A stretch of DNA of 64,000 nucleotides from a virus, in the IMG/VR virus record IMGVR_UViG_3300005613_000015, positions 37,675-101,674 of that record. The stretch is one strand, 5' to 3'. Shown here piece by piece: positions 48,432-56,019 of the stretch (within the stretch, counting starts at the first letter, position 1; each line of letters starts with the position of its first letter). A program made the position numbers and the translations under genes. The notes beneath the pieces are model-generated. The model saw nothing but the letters and a program-made list of their open reading frames with translations. It did not search any database and was not told the origin of the DNA.

Positions 48432-48934
48432 TACCTACAAAATCCAACCAATATGTAGACACGGCTCACGTTACTTTTTTTGAAGGAAACTGGACAATAG
48501 ACGGAACGAGTCGTGATGTAGATTACCCTGGGGTGAGCGCTACCGGAGCGCATTTGCAAGCATCCTCTTCTGCTAACTCTTTTCAAACTATAATCGAGAA
48601 TGACGACCCCTCTAAGTCTATTTTGATTTCTCGTATAACAGTTTTTCACGGGGCGAGAGAACCAAACCCAATAGACCCGTATGTAGGCACTTTTGCCTGC
48701 GCGGGGGCTGGCAACGACTTTTTTCGATATAGCGTAAACTCTTTTGGAAACGATTGCATATCCAATACTTTAATCGCATTACCTCCAGCTACAAGTCTAC
48801 TTCATTATTCTGTTCTCGGTCCTACAAGCAATAAAACTTATAGTATTGTTATTAATTACAGACTTGTATCTGCCGTAGAAGGTGTTTCGACCGAAACCAC
48901 AACTACAGTAGCCGCTGGGGGTGGGGGTCGATAA
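48428..48934 (+). CDS. Small beta-rich protein with Thr tail, possibly a virion component
   Basis: 168 aa. C-term STETTTTVAAGGGGR. Confidence 0.5.
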   Translation: MIPTKSNQYVDTAHVTFFEGNWTIDGTSRDVDYPGVSATGAHLQASSSANSFQTIIENDDPSKSILISRITVFHGAREPNPIDPYVGTFACAGAGNDFFRYSVNSFGNDCISNTLIALPPATSLLHYSVLGPTSNKTYSIVINYRLVSAVEGVSTETTTTVAAGGGGR

Positions 48935-48984
48935 AAAAATCACTTTTTTCCTCAGAACCCATACTACTCTGTCTATTACAAGGC

Positions 48985-49203
48985 ATGAGACATATCAAAG
49001 CCGAGTATTTCGCGGAGGCTGGCGATGAGAAGACCGCAGGAACTATTATTATCCGTGGGGATGTGATTGTTTCTGTGTATAGTCTTCCTGGCTATTCCAA
49101 GCGAACTATGATTTTGACCGAACAGGGTCTTAAATTTTGCCTCAAAGGAAAGCCAGATGAGTTTATGCCTTCTGAGGAACTACTAACCGAGGCACTTGCC
49201 TAA
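48985..49203 (+). CDS. Hypothetical protein
   Basis: 72 aa ORF after a CTATTAC motif. Confidence 0.5.
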   Translation: MRHIKAEYFAEAGDEKTAGTIIIRGDVIVSVYSLPGYSKRTMILTEQGLKFCLKGKPDEFMPSEELLTEALA

Positions 49204-49213
49204 AGAAAATACC

Positions 49214-49414
49214 ATGACTGAAAACCCACAAGATAAATTTCTCTCCCAAATGCTAGAGGGTTACGAGAAGGGGCTGGAGGGCATCTCCAATTACATTGAG
49301 GAAACTCAAACCCAACTAGAGCAGGCAATTGCTCGTCGCGAAGAAATGATTCGTGATGTTGACGAGCTTAAGGCACTTCTTAGTCTTGAAGAAGAAGTGG
49401 CTGTTGCTGACTGA
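49214..49414 (+). CDS. Acidic coiled-coil hypothetical protein
   Basis: Likely start is ATG 49214. Followed by a terminator. Confidence 0.55.
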   Translation: MTENPQDKFLSQMLEGYEKGLEGISNYIEETQTQLEQAIARREEMIRDVDELKALLSLEEEVAVAD

Positions 49415-49435
49415 TAAACCAGTAATTCTGGATGT

Positions 49436-49470
49436 GCCTGCCATCGTTCGTGCGACGGCAGGCTTTTTTT
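49436..49470 (+). terminator. Rho-independent terminator
   Basis: Stem GCCTGCC...GGCAGGC followed by T7. Confidence 0.85.
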
Positions 49471-49579
49471 ATAGATACAGCGTTCGAATCGCCTCGCCCA
49501 GAGCTATAATAGACTGTCGCAAGAAGGGCTGCCCGAGAGGGTAGCTGCTCCGAATAAGACGCGGCTTCTTGTGGTATAT

Positions 49580-49656
49580 GCGCCCATAGCTCAATTGGTC
49601 AGAGCACTCGTCTTATATGCGATAGGTTCTAGGTTCAAGTCCTAGTGGGCGTACCA
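49580..49656 (+). tRNA. tRNA-Ile(UAU)
   Basis: Acceptor GCGCCCA/TGGGCGT, D-arm, anticodon loop CT-TAT-AT, T-arm CTAGG-TTCAAGT-CCTAG and encoded CCA. Confidence 0.9.
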
Positions 49657-49734
49657 AAAACATCTAGAGGCAGGATTTAGAGACATCTCTTCGTTCTTCG
49701 TGGTTGGCTCAATCCATAAGACCTCTTCTTACAA

Positions 49735-49819
49735 GCCTGGATGGTGGAATTGGTATACACATCAGACTTAAAATCTGACGCCGCGAGGCATACGGGTTCG
49801 ACTCCCGTTCTAGGCACCA
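49735..49819 (+). tRNA. tRNA-Leu(UAA)
   Basis: Acceptor GCCTGGA/TCTAGGC, anticodon arm TCAGA-CTTAAAA-TCTGA, long variable arm, GGTTCGACTCC and CCA. Confidence 0.95.
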
Positions 49820-49875
49820 AAACAACGCACTTCATAGAACATAATTAAACATAAAATAAAAACGGAGGGAAGGGA

Positions 49876-49904
49876 TTGATTGAAGCCCCTTCTTACGGTA
49901 TAAT
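49876..49904 (+). promoter_or_regulatory. sigma70-type promoter
   Basis: TTGATT-N17-TATAAT, with the ATG 6 nt after the -10 box. Confidence 0.7.
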
Positions 49905-49910
49905 ACTCAC

Positions 49911-51269
49911 ATGGAAGAAATCATCGAGCACCCGCTGTTTCTATTTCTATTACTAGGTTTCCCTTTTTGGGGGGGCATCGTTGCTATGATTGGAATTTGG
50001 TCCTTTGAGGGAGTATCCAGCATCTTTAAGGCAGTATACAACAAAGTATACAACAAAGTACGGGAAGATGTCTGGAAAGTACGGGAAGATATCTGGAAGG
50101 AAAAAGAAAGGGAGTATGAAAAAAAAGAAAGGGAGTATGAAAAAAAAGAAAGGGAGTATGAAAGAAGCTATCGAGAAAGATTACACCAACTGGAATCAAA
50201 ATATATTGGAAAAGGGGATTTTGAAAATCTAACTGACGGTAGTTGGAATTTCATAGTTAATGCCTTGAAGAAGGACGGGATTATTCAGCCCCCTTATAAG
50301 TTTCAACAATACTTGGACCGTTATGCTTGGACCCGAAAAAGGTTTATCGAAGCCTGCGATGAGAAGAAAAAGACCTTAGCCTTCACCGACTCTGAGTATC
50401 GAGCAGCATTTGAATCAATCGAGGAAGCAAAAAACACTCCCTTTCTTATTTCCGAGTATCATAAATCCCTAGAAAAAATTGATGGGAGTGATATTTCAAA
50501 GACCGTTAGTAAGTTCTTTGGTGGGTTTAGGAGTGAATTGAAAGAAGTTTCTCTTATTCGTGTTATTGATGGTGATACTTATGTATTTGATTTGGATGGG
50601 CACAGCATTAAGGTTCGTGGAATCGGCTTTGATTGTCCTGAACTAAATACTACTAATCACTCTTTTGTGGAGGCTTATGCTGAAGAAGCTACGGAATATG
50701 CTAGACAAATCCTATCTGATGCTAAAATCATGATTCGTATGGACAAACAAGCTCTAGACTTTGAAGACGGTCCCTTCGTCTTTGACCGATATGGAAGATT
50801 GCTTTGCCATATTTATGTTGATGGTAGCCTTCTTTCTGAGTCTTTGATTGGTGGGGGTCTTGCGAGAGTGGTTGGTAGTTTCCCTATCGAAAAAGATATC
50901 AAAAAATCTCTAAACAAGGCTCAGGTTGGAGCAAAATCAGAACGATTGAATTTGTGGTCGCTTCAATCTAACAACCCTGATAAACTGAATCCTATTGAGC
51001 TTGTGGATTCGCTTTCTAGCTCTAAAGAGGAAATGGGTATGTTGCTTCTGCGGGCTTTTCTTTCCTCGGTTGTCATGTCTAAAAATAGTAACATTATACA
51101 CGCCCCTGGCTGTACCTTTTCTGATAGAATTCTAGACCAAAATAAGCTCTCGGATGCAGAGGTGATTCAAATAATTAAAGACGTTTCTAATGCCCGAGCA
51201 TGTAAGAAGTGTGGGGGTGATGAAGTAGTTCAGGAAATGATTAACGAGGAACTTCAAGACCTAGAATAA
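49911..51269 (+). CDS. Membrane-anchored thermonuclease (SNase) with C-terminal Ada-like Zn-binding motif
   Basis: N-terminal TM. SNase motifs RVIDGDT, KVRGIGFDCPE, DRYGRLL.HIY, GLARV and AK....LW. C-term IHAPGC...RACKKC. Confidence 0.8.
   Translation: MEEIIEHPLFLFLLLGFPFWGGIVAMIGIWSFEGVSSIFKAVYNKVYNKVREDVWKVREDIWKEKEREYEKKEREYEKKEREYERSYRERLHQLESKYIGKGDFENLTDGSWNFIVNALKKDGIIQPPYKFQQYLDRYAWTRKRFIEACDEKKKTLAFTDSEYRAAFESIEEAKNTPFLISEYHKSLEKIDGSDISKTVSKFFGGFRSELKEVSLIRVIDGDTYVFDLDGHSIKVRGIGFDCPELNTTNHSFVEAYAEEATEYARQILSDAKIMIRMDKQALDFEDGPFVFDRYGRLLCHIYVDGSLLSESLIGGGLARVVGSFPIEKDIKKSLNKAQVGAKSERLNLWSLQSNNPDKLNPIELVDSLSSSKEEMGMLLLRAFLSSVVMSKNSNIIHAPGCTFSDRILDQNKLSDAEVIQIIKDVSNARACKKCGGDEVVQEMINEELQDLE
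50033..50163 (+). repeat. Three abutting in-frame tandem duplications
   Basis: (AGTATACAACAA)x2, (AGTACGGGAAGATRTCTGGAA)x2 and (AAAAAGAAAGGGAGTATGAAA)x3. Confidence 0.9.
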
Positions 51270-51294
51270 TACGGCTGAGAGAAGGAGTATATCA

Positions 51295-51939
51295 ATGACT
51301 GAATCTAAAGTAGAACTTTTAAACTATACCCCACAAGGAGACCTACTTGTTGTAAATGCAGCAAGATGTTCATTCGATAAACAGCATGATACATTCGATG
51401 AAGAAAAAGATACTCGCCTTATCAACTATCTGGCAAGAGAGAAGCACCTTCTCCCGTTTCGCCATCCTTCTGCTACTCTACGAATTTATGCTCCTATTTT
51501 CGTATTCCGTCAGCTCGGTAAGCACCAAGTAGGCTTTTCGTGGAGCGAGGTGAGTCGTAGATACATTTCTTCTGAACCTGAGTTCTGGGTTCCCAAAGAA
51601 GTTCGTAAAAAAGCAGACAATGTAAAGCAAGGTTCATCTGAGGAAACACTTCCTAATTCTTGGATTGTAGACTTTCAACAACAAAATAAATCATGTCTTC
51701 ATACCTACAATACTCTTCTTAGGGCTGGGGCATCACCAGAGCAAGCCCGTGCTGTTCTGCCACAATCCATGTATACGACCTGTGTGGTTACAGGAACGCT
51801 TCTGGGATGGCACCACCTCTATACTCAGAGGACGGAAGAACACACGCAGAGAGAGACGCAGGAGTACGCTCAGGAGATAGGGGATGTGATGTCTGAACTA
51901 TTTCCTAGAAGTTGGAAGGCTTTAAATGAAAATATTTAG
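51295..51939 (+). CDS. thyX: Flavin-dependent thymidylate synthase
   Basis: Motifs VVNAARCSF, H..PFRH, APIFV.RQ..KH...WSEVSRRY, EQARAVLPQSMYT and HTQRE. Confidence 0.93.
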   Translation: MTESKVELLNYTPQGDLLVVNAARCSFDKQHDTFDEEKDTRLINYLAREKHLLPFRHPSATLRIYAPIFVFRQLGKHQVGFSWSEVSRRYISSEPEFWVPKEVRKKADNVKQGSSEETLPNSWIVDFQQQNKSCLHTYNTLLRAGASPEQARAVLPQSMYTTCVVTGTLLGWHHLYTQRTEEHTQRETQEYAQEIGDVMSELFPRSWKALNENI

Positions 51940-52123
51940 ATTCTGTAAAGCAGTTATCAAATGGGCGTTGTCTGGCTTTAAGTTATCAAACCTGCATGAT
52001 AAGAGGATGGAGACTTGTTTTATCTGTACCCACTATAACAAAGGTAGGTGTGATATTTGTGGATGTGTATTACGAGCCAAGACGAGGATGTTTACTGAGG
52101 AATGCCCAATAAAGAAATGGTAA
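51926..52123 (+). CDS. Small Cys-rich protein
   Basis: Pattern R...C..C......C..CGC....K.......CP..KW. Confidence 0.6.
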   Translation: MKIFRFCKAVIKWALSGFKLSNLHDKRMETCFICTHYNKGRCDICGCVLRAKTRMFTEECPIKKW

Positions 52124-52169
52124 AAGGCAGTATCCTTTTGAGACTGCCGAATGGCTGAGATTGAACAAG

Positions 52170-52266
52170 GGAAGAGATTGGTAAGGGATTGAGGTTCGAT
52201 TCCTCTTTAGTATGGTACATGAACAGGCGACGGCCACCCGAAGGTTCGAGTCCTTCCTCTTCCACC
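52170..52266 (+). ncRNA. tRNA-like element (acceptor stem and T-arm, no canonical D or anticodon arm)
   Basis: GGAAGAG pairs with CTCTTCC-A-CC. T-arm GAAGG-TTCGAGT-CCTTC. A second internal T-loop hairpin GAGG-TTCGATT-CCTC is present. Confidence 0.45.
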
Positions 52267-52273
52267 TTACAAC

Positions 52274-52297
52274 GCACCCATAGCTCAATTGGATAGA
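52274..52297 (+). pseudogene. 5' fragment of an interrupted tRNA (Arg-like)
   Basis: GCACCCATAGCTCAATTGGATAGA comprises the 5' acceptor strand and D-arm, breaking off in the 3' strand of the D-stem. Confidence 0.85.
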
Positions 52298-52773
52298 TTT
52301 AGTATTCCATTATCAAACTCCCAATGGCAGTTTCTACATAATTGAATAACATTGTCTGGATGATTTACTTCTTCCAATAGAGCAGAGTCTGGGAACGACG
52401 AAACTGCTTTGATGTGGCAAAGTTCAACATGCTTATTATACCCACAGTTGGCGCAAGGTTTTGTTATAAGGTCTTTATTCCAACTACGACAAAAATTCCT
52501 TACATGAGAATGAACCCAAGAGGGGTGCTTCCCTTTTACTGATGTTTTTTCTCTGTATTCACCTAGAGTTTTCTTTTTAATCGCTGGTTGACAAGCATCA
52601 CACCAAGTTTTTCTAGTACTAATACCAACCCCACAAGTTCTACAAGAACCTTCTGGTTGACGATAGGAGTCTTTACCCCTTTGTTTGTTGGTATACTGTG
52701 CTGAACATGACCGAGAACAAAATTTTGGATTATCAGTTTTCTGGTTACAGTTTATACAAGTCTTATCTATCAT
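52285..52773 (-). CDS. HNH endonuclease with N-terminal Zn-finger motifs
   Basis: CINC...KFCSRSC and CRTC...WCDAC, then the HNH core CANCG...ELCHIK...N..DNVIQLCRNCHWEFD. Confidence 0.9.
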   Translation of the reverse strand: MIDKTCINCNQKTDNPKFCSRSCSAQYTNKQRGKDSYRQPEGSCRTCGVGISTRKTWCDACQPAIKKKTLGEYREKTSVKGKHPSWVHSHVRNFCRSWNKDLITKPCANCGYNKHVELCHIKAVSSFPDSALLEEVNHPDNVIQLCRNCHWEFDNGILNLSN

Positions 52774-52906
52774 AATATATGGGGGTATGGTGTAACAGAT
52801 AGCACATGACTCTTCTAAAGTCAGAGTGAGGGTGCAATTCCTTCTACCCCTACCATATATTTATATAGGTGAGTCGAACCTCTAACCTAATAAAAAAATA
52901 AAGCTT
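52298..52906. mobile_element. Candidate HNH + tRNA-Arg homing cassette inserted into a tRNA gene
   Basis: Lies exactly between complementary 5' and 3' tRNA fragments. Contains the HNH gene and an intact tRNA-Arg(UCU). Confidence 0.65.
52781..52855 (+). tRNA. tRNA-Arg(UCU), non-canonical D and T loops
   Basis: Acceptor GGGGGTA/TACCCCT, anticodon arm TGACT-CTTCTAA-AGTCA, T-arm GAGGG-TGCAATT-CCTTC and CCA. Confidence 0.85.
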
Positions 52907-52934
52907 TCTGGTTCGAGTCCAGATGGGTGTACCA
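52907..52934 (+). pseudogene. 3' fragment of the interrupted tRNA
   Basis: T-arm TCTGG-TTCGAGT-CCAGA followed by TGGGTGT-A-CCA. TGGGTGT pairs 7/7 (one G.U) with GCACCCA at 52274. Confidence 0.85.
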
Positions 52935-52978
52935 TCTACATAATACACAGCCAGCAACCTTGGCAAGAAGGAGATAAA

Positions 52979-54442
52979 ATGCAACCAAATATTGAAATTA
53001 GTTTAACGGTAAGAGGAGGTATGGAGTCTAAAATCTCCGTTCCTCAGAATCTAAAATGGATTAACGAAGGACATCTTCGTTATATTGAGTATTGTGAAAA
53101 CCTTTTGGGGAGTCTTGTCCATGTGTTTATGATTAGGCACACTGGTTTTGATGCTACCGAAGTTATCGTCAATCTTTCTAATGGAGTCGTTGAAAATGGT
53201 ATTATATACTTTACTGACTACATGGTGAAAGTAGATGACCAGATGGAAAGGTATACTGGCCGTCATGTAATCCGACCCCGAGGAATGTTTGCTGACCGAT
53301 TTGTGGTTGGACCTGATGCAGAAAAGGTCCGCAACTACCAGCATATTCCCACTAAAAAAGAGCCTTCTTGGGCATCGAGCCAAGCCCATGACCTTATTGT
53401 ACAATATCGTGATAGGAGAGAAGATTCTTATGGTCCTTATAAGCCTTTTTGGAATAAGTTCCATTCCCTCTCGGATTCCCACGGAGGGGCTGGAGTCTCT
53501 CCTTACTCGAACTGGCTGGGTTCCCCTCTAGGATACCAAATTCGTGCTCTTGAATTCTATGGAGAGGTTTGTCGTTCTCCTCTAGCCTGCATGAATAGCC
53601 GAGGACAAACTCTTCGTCTGGATGAGCAATACTGGCTGGGAAGAACCCCTCAGCACGAACTTCCTCAATTCAATTACAGAGATGAATATGATGGTTGGTG
53701 TCCTTATGAGGAGTGGCTTCTTCGTTATGAGGCTCACGACTACACCCACCTCTGGAGAACAATTCGTGCTGCATCTGAACTAGCCCACTGGAACCCTTTT
53801 GCTAGAAAGTTCCTTCTTTGGGTTTGGAATGATTGTACGATGTGGTTACTTGGAAAGAAAGGAAATACTTCTACCAATTCTCTTTTCTGGTCACTAACGA
53901 AACTTGCAAGAACTACTGCCCCCAACCAAACCGCATCTTGGGGTGGTCGAGGACTATATCATGTAATTCGATGCTTCCTCACCGTGAAGCAGTATCTTTC
54001 AGTTCGTGAACAGAACTATTTCACAAACCAGTTCCAAAAGACTCTTCGGCATATTGCGAATGAGTATGGTGTGTGCCACGGAACTAAGTCTGCTGGTGCT
54101 TGGGGTCAGGCTGTTTGGGACCACTTCGGAGACACAGAGGTCGCTAGAGGATTTGAAACCCAACTGCTTGCTAGTGTGTATGAACCTCTAGGACTAATGG
54201 ACCTCCTAGACAAGTACAACACGACATTCCCAGAGGAAGTTCCTAACTGGTTTGAAGCAAATAATCCTGTAAACAATTACGGTGGAGAACTCTATCCTCC
54301 TTACCGTGCTCTTTATGTAAATCGAGTAAGTGGATATCCAAGTGCTGAAAAGCTGGTAGAGATGTCTGCTGGCAGAAATATTAACGGGTCTTCTCAAGAT
54401 TTAGACTGTCATATGAATACAGCATATCAAAATGAACTATGA
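52979..54442 (+). CDS. Hypothetical protein (aromatic-rich, 487 aa)
   Basis: SD AGGAG and a CTACATA motif upstream. No recognised motif. Confidence 0.6.
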   Translation: MQPNIEISLTVRGGMESKISVPQNLKWINEGHLRYIEYCENLLGSLVHVFMIRHTGFDATEVIVNLSNGVVENGIIYFTDYMVKVDDQMERYTGRHVIRPRGMFADRFVVGPDAEKVRNYQHIPTKKEPSWASSQAHDLIVQYRDRREDSYGPYKPFWNKFHSLSDSHGGAGVSPYSNWLGSPLGYQIRALEFYGEVCRSPLACMNSRGQTLRLDEQYWLGRTPQHELPQFNYRDEYDGWCPYEEWLLRYEAHDYTHLWRTIRAASELAHWNPFARKFLLWVWNDCTMWLLGKKGNTSTNSLFWSLTKLARTTAPNQTASWGGRGLYHVIRCFLTVKQYLSVREQNYFTNQFQKTLRHIANEYGVCHGTKSAGAWGQAVWDHFGDTEVARGFETQLLASVYEPLGLMDLLDKYNTTFPEEVPNWFEANNPVNNYGGELYPPYRALYVNRVSGYPSAEKLVEMSAGRNINGSSQDLDCHMNTAYQNEL

Positions 54443-54458
54443 GGCTCTATAATAAAAT

Positions 54459-54902
54459 ATGGCAAACCAAGAAAGACTAGACGAGACTTACATGGCGATG
54501 GCTGAGAAGCTTTCCGAGCTTTCTCACGCAGAACGAGCAAAAGTAGGTGCTTTGATTGTAAAGGACACTCATATTATTGCAGAGGGCTATAATGGAACCC
54601 CAGCAAGGTTCCCAAACAGATGTGAGGATTATGATTTCTTGGGATACTATCGTACGAAACCAGAAGTGCTTCATGCGGAGTCTAATGCTATTGCTAAAAT
54701 CGCTAAGTCTACAAATAGTTCTCTTGGTGCCACTTTGTATACTACTTTGGCTCCTTGCGTAGAGTGTTCTAAGTTAATCATTCAGGCAGGAATTTTCAGA
54801 GTAGTTTACAAAAATACTTACCACAGTACTGGAATAGCTTTGCTAAAAAAAGCAGGTATTCAAGTTGATTTCCTTACTAGAGAATCTAAGGGGCCAGCAT
54901 AG
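54459..54902 (+). CDS. dCMP deaminase
   Basis: Motifs KVGALIV, GYNGTP, LHAESNAI and PCVECSKLIIQAGI. Confidence 0.92.
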   Translation: MANQERLDETYMAMAEKLSELSHAERAKVGALIVKDTHIIAEGYNGTPARFPNRCEDYDFLGYYRTKPEVLHAESNAIAKIAKSTNSSLGATLYTTLAPCVECSKLIIQAGIFRVVYKNTYHSTGIALLKKAGIQVDFLTRESKGPA

Positions 54903-54968
54903 CTCAATTGGCAGAGCAATTGACCTGTAATCAATAGGTTTTCGGTTCGAGTCCGAATGCTGGCTCCA
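54893..54968 (+). tRNA. tRNA-Thr(UGU) with C33
   Basis: Acceptor GCCAGCA/TGCTGGC, anticodon arm ATTGA-CCTGTAA-TCAAT, T-arm TTCGG-TTCGAGT-CCGAA and CCA. Confidence 0.9.
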
Positions 54969-54990
54969 CTTTTACCCTACATAAAATAGT

Positions 54991-55427
54991 AAAAGTCAAA
55001 AGAAGGTAGACCTCTTCTAACAAAAGTCAAAAGATGCCTCTCAAATCCGGTAAAGGTAAAAAGGCTGTATCAGCCAATATCAGCAAGCTAAGTGATGAGG
55101 GATATCCTCACAAACAAGCTATTGCTATTGCTCTTGATAAGGCGGGTAAATCCCGCAAGAAGATGCGTAAGAAAGTCAAAGAGAGTTATGTAACTCAAGG
55201 AGCCAAACCTAGTGAGTTTGGTCGCACCTTTGATAACGCATGGAAACCGGATTTGAATGTAGGATTTAAGGTTCCTACAAAAGTCAAGAGCATGAATGAT
55301 GTTTCTGAAAAGTATAAACCAGTTTCAAATAAACCACGAATGCGAAAATCTAAAAAGAGATTTTCAAAAACATAAAGTGGTAAATGAGAAAAGCCAGTTG
55401 ATTTTTCACAAACATAAAGTCAAAAGA
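54991..55427 (+). repeat. Dispersed AAAGTCAA(A)AGA repeats
   Basis: Copies at 54991, 55022, 55172, 55279 and 55416. Confidence 0.6.
55034..55375 (+). CDS. Small basic phage protein
   Basis: MPLKSGKGKKAVSANI...HKQAIAIAL.KAGKS, a common small phage protein pattern. Confidence 0.65.
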   Translation: MPLKSGKGKKAVSANISKLSDEGYPHKQAIAIALDKAGKSRKKMRKKVKESYVTQGAKPSEFGRTFDNAWKPDLNVGFKVPTKVKSMNDVSEKYKPVSNKPRMRKSKKRFSKT

Positions 55428-55481
55428 CTGACCACTCTATTATAGTCCTGCAACGCCCAAAATGTTCCTGTAATCTCAAAA

Positions 55482-55901
55482 ATGGAAAAAAATAACTACA
55501 TCCTCAAAATCCGTATGGACGAAAAGGAGGTTGAGACATTTGCAAAGTTGACGCCCCTAATCAATCTTTCTATTAGTGAAATCGAAGCAAACATGGTTTC
55601 CAATCTTCTTGGTTATCAAACTGCAAGAGAGTTAGTTCTTCGTGGGTTTAAGAAGAATCCGTATCTACAAAATGCTTTTATTGCTCTTTCCTTTTTGTAT
55701 ATCACAAGAGAGGATAAAGAGACATTTGAAGATTTCTGGAGTAGAATCGTTTTTACAGATAAAGATGTTGAGCGCAGAGTGAAAAAGATTTTCAACATTA
55801 GCATAGATGAGGTAGAAGGATTGAGTAAACTTCAACTCGAACTAATGTGGATGTTGGAGACAGAAAAGGACGAATGGGACGATACCGTGAGTGGTAAGTA
55901 G
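55482..55901 (+). CDS. Hypothetical protein
   Basis: 139 aa ORF flanked by 14-bp direct repeats. Confidence 0.55.
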   Translation: MEKNNYILKIRMDEKEVETFAKLTPLINLSISEIEANMVSNLLGYQTARELVLRGFKKNPYLQNAFIALSFLYITREDKETFEDFWSRIVFTDKDVERRVKKIFNISIDEVEGLSKLQLELMWMLETEKDEWDDTVSGK

Positions 55902-56019
55902 CTATTATAGTCCTGTACGACCATAATACTACCGACGAGCCGCGCCTCAACGCTAAACCCATGTAGGACAAGGACTTACGACAACTTGTAAAAATCGCTG
56001 GAAAACCGCTTCTAGGGTC

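Noticed and set aside
52170-52266. tRNA-Sec or tmRNA
   Set aside because: There is no UCA anticodon arm or 8-bp acceptor stem, no G3.U70, and no tag reading frame.
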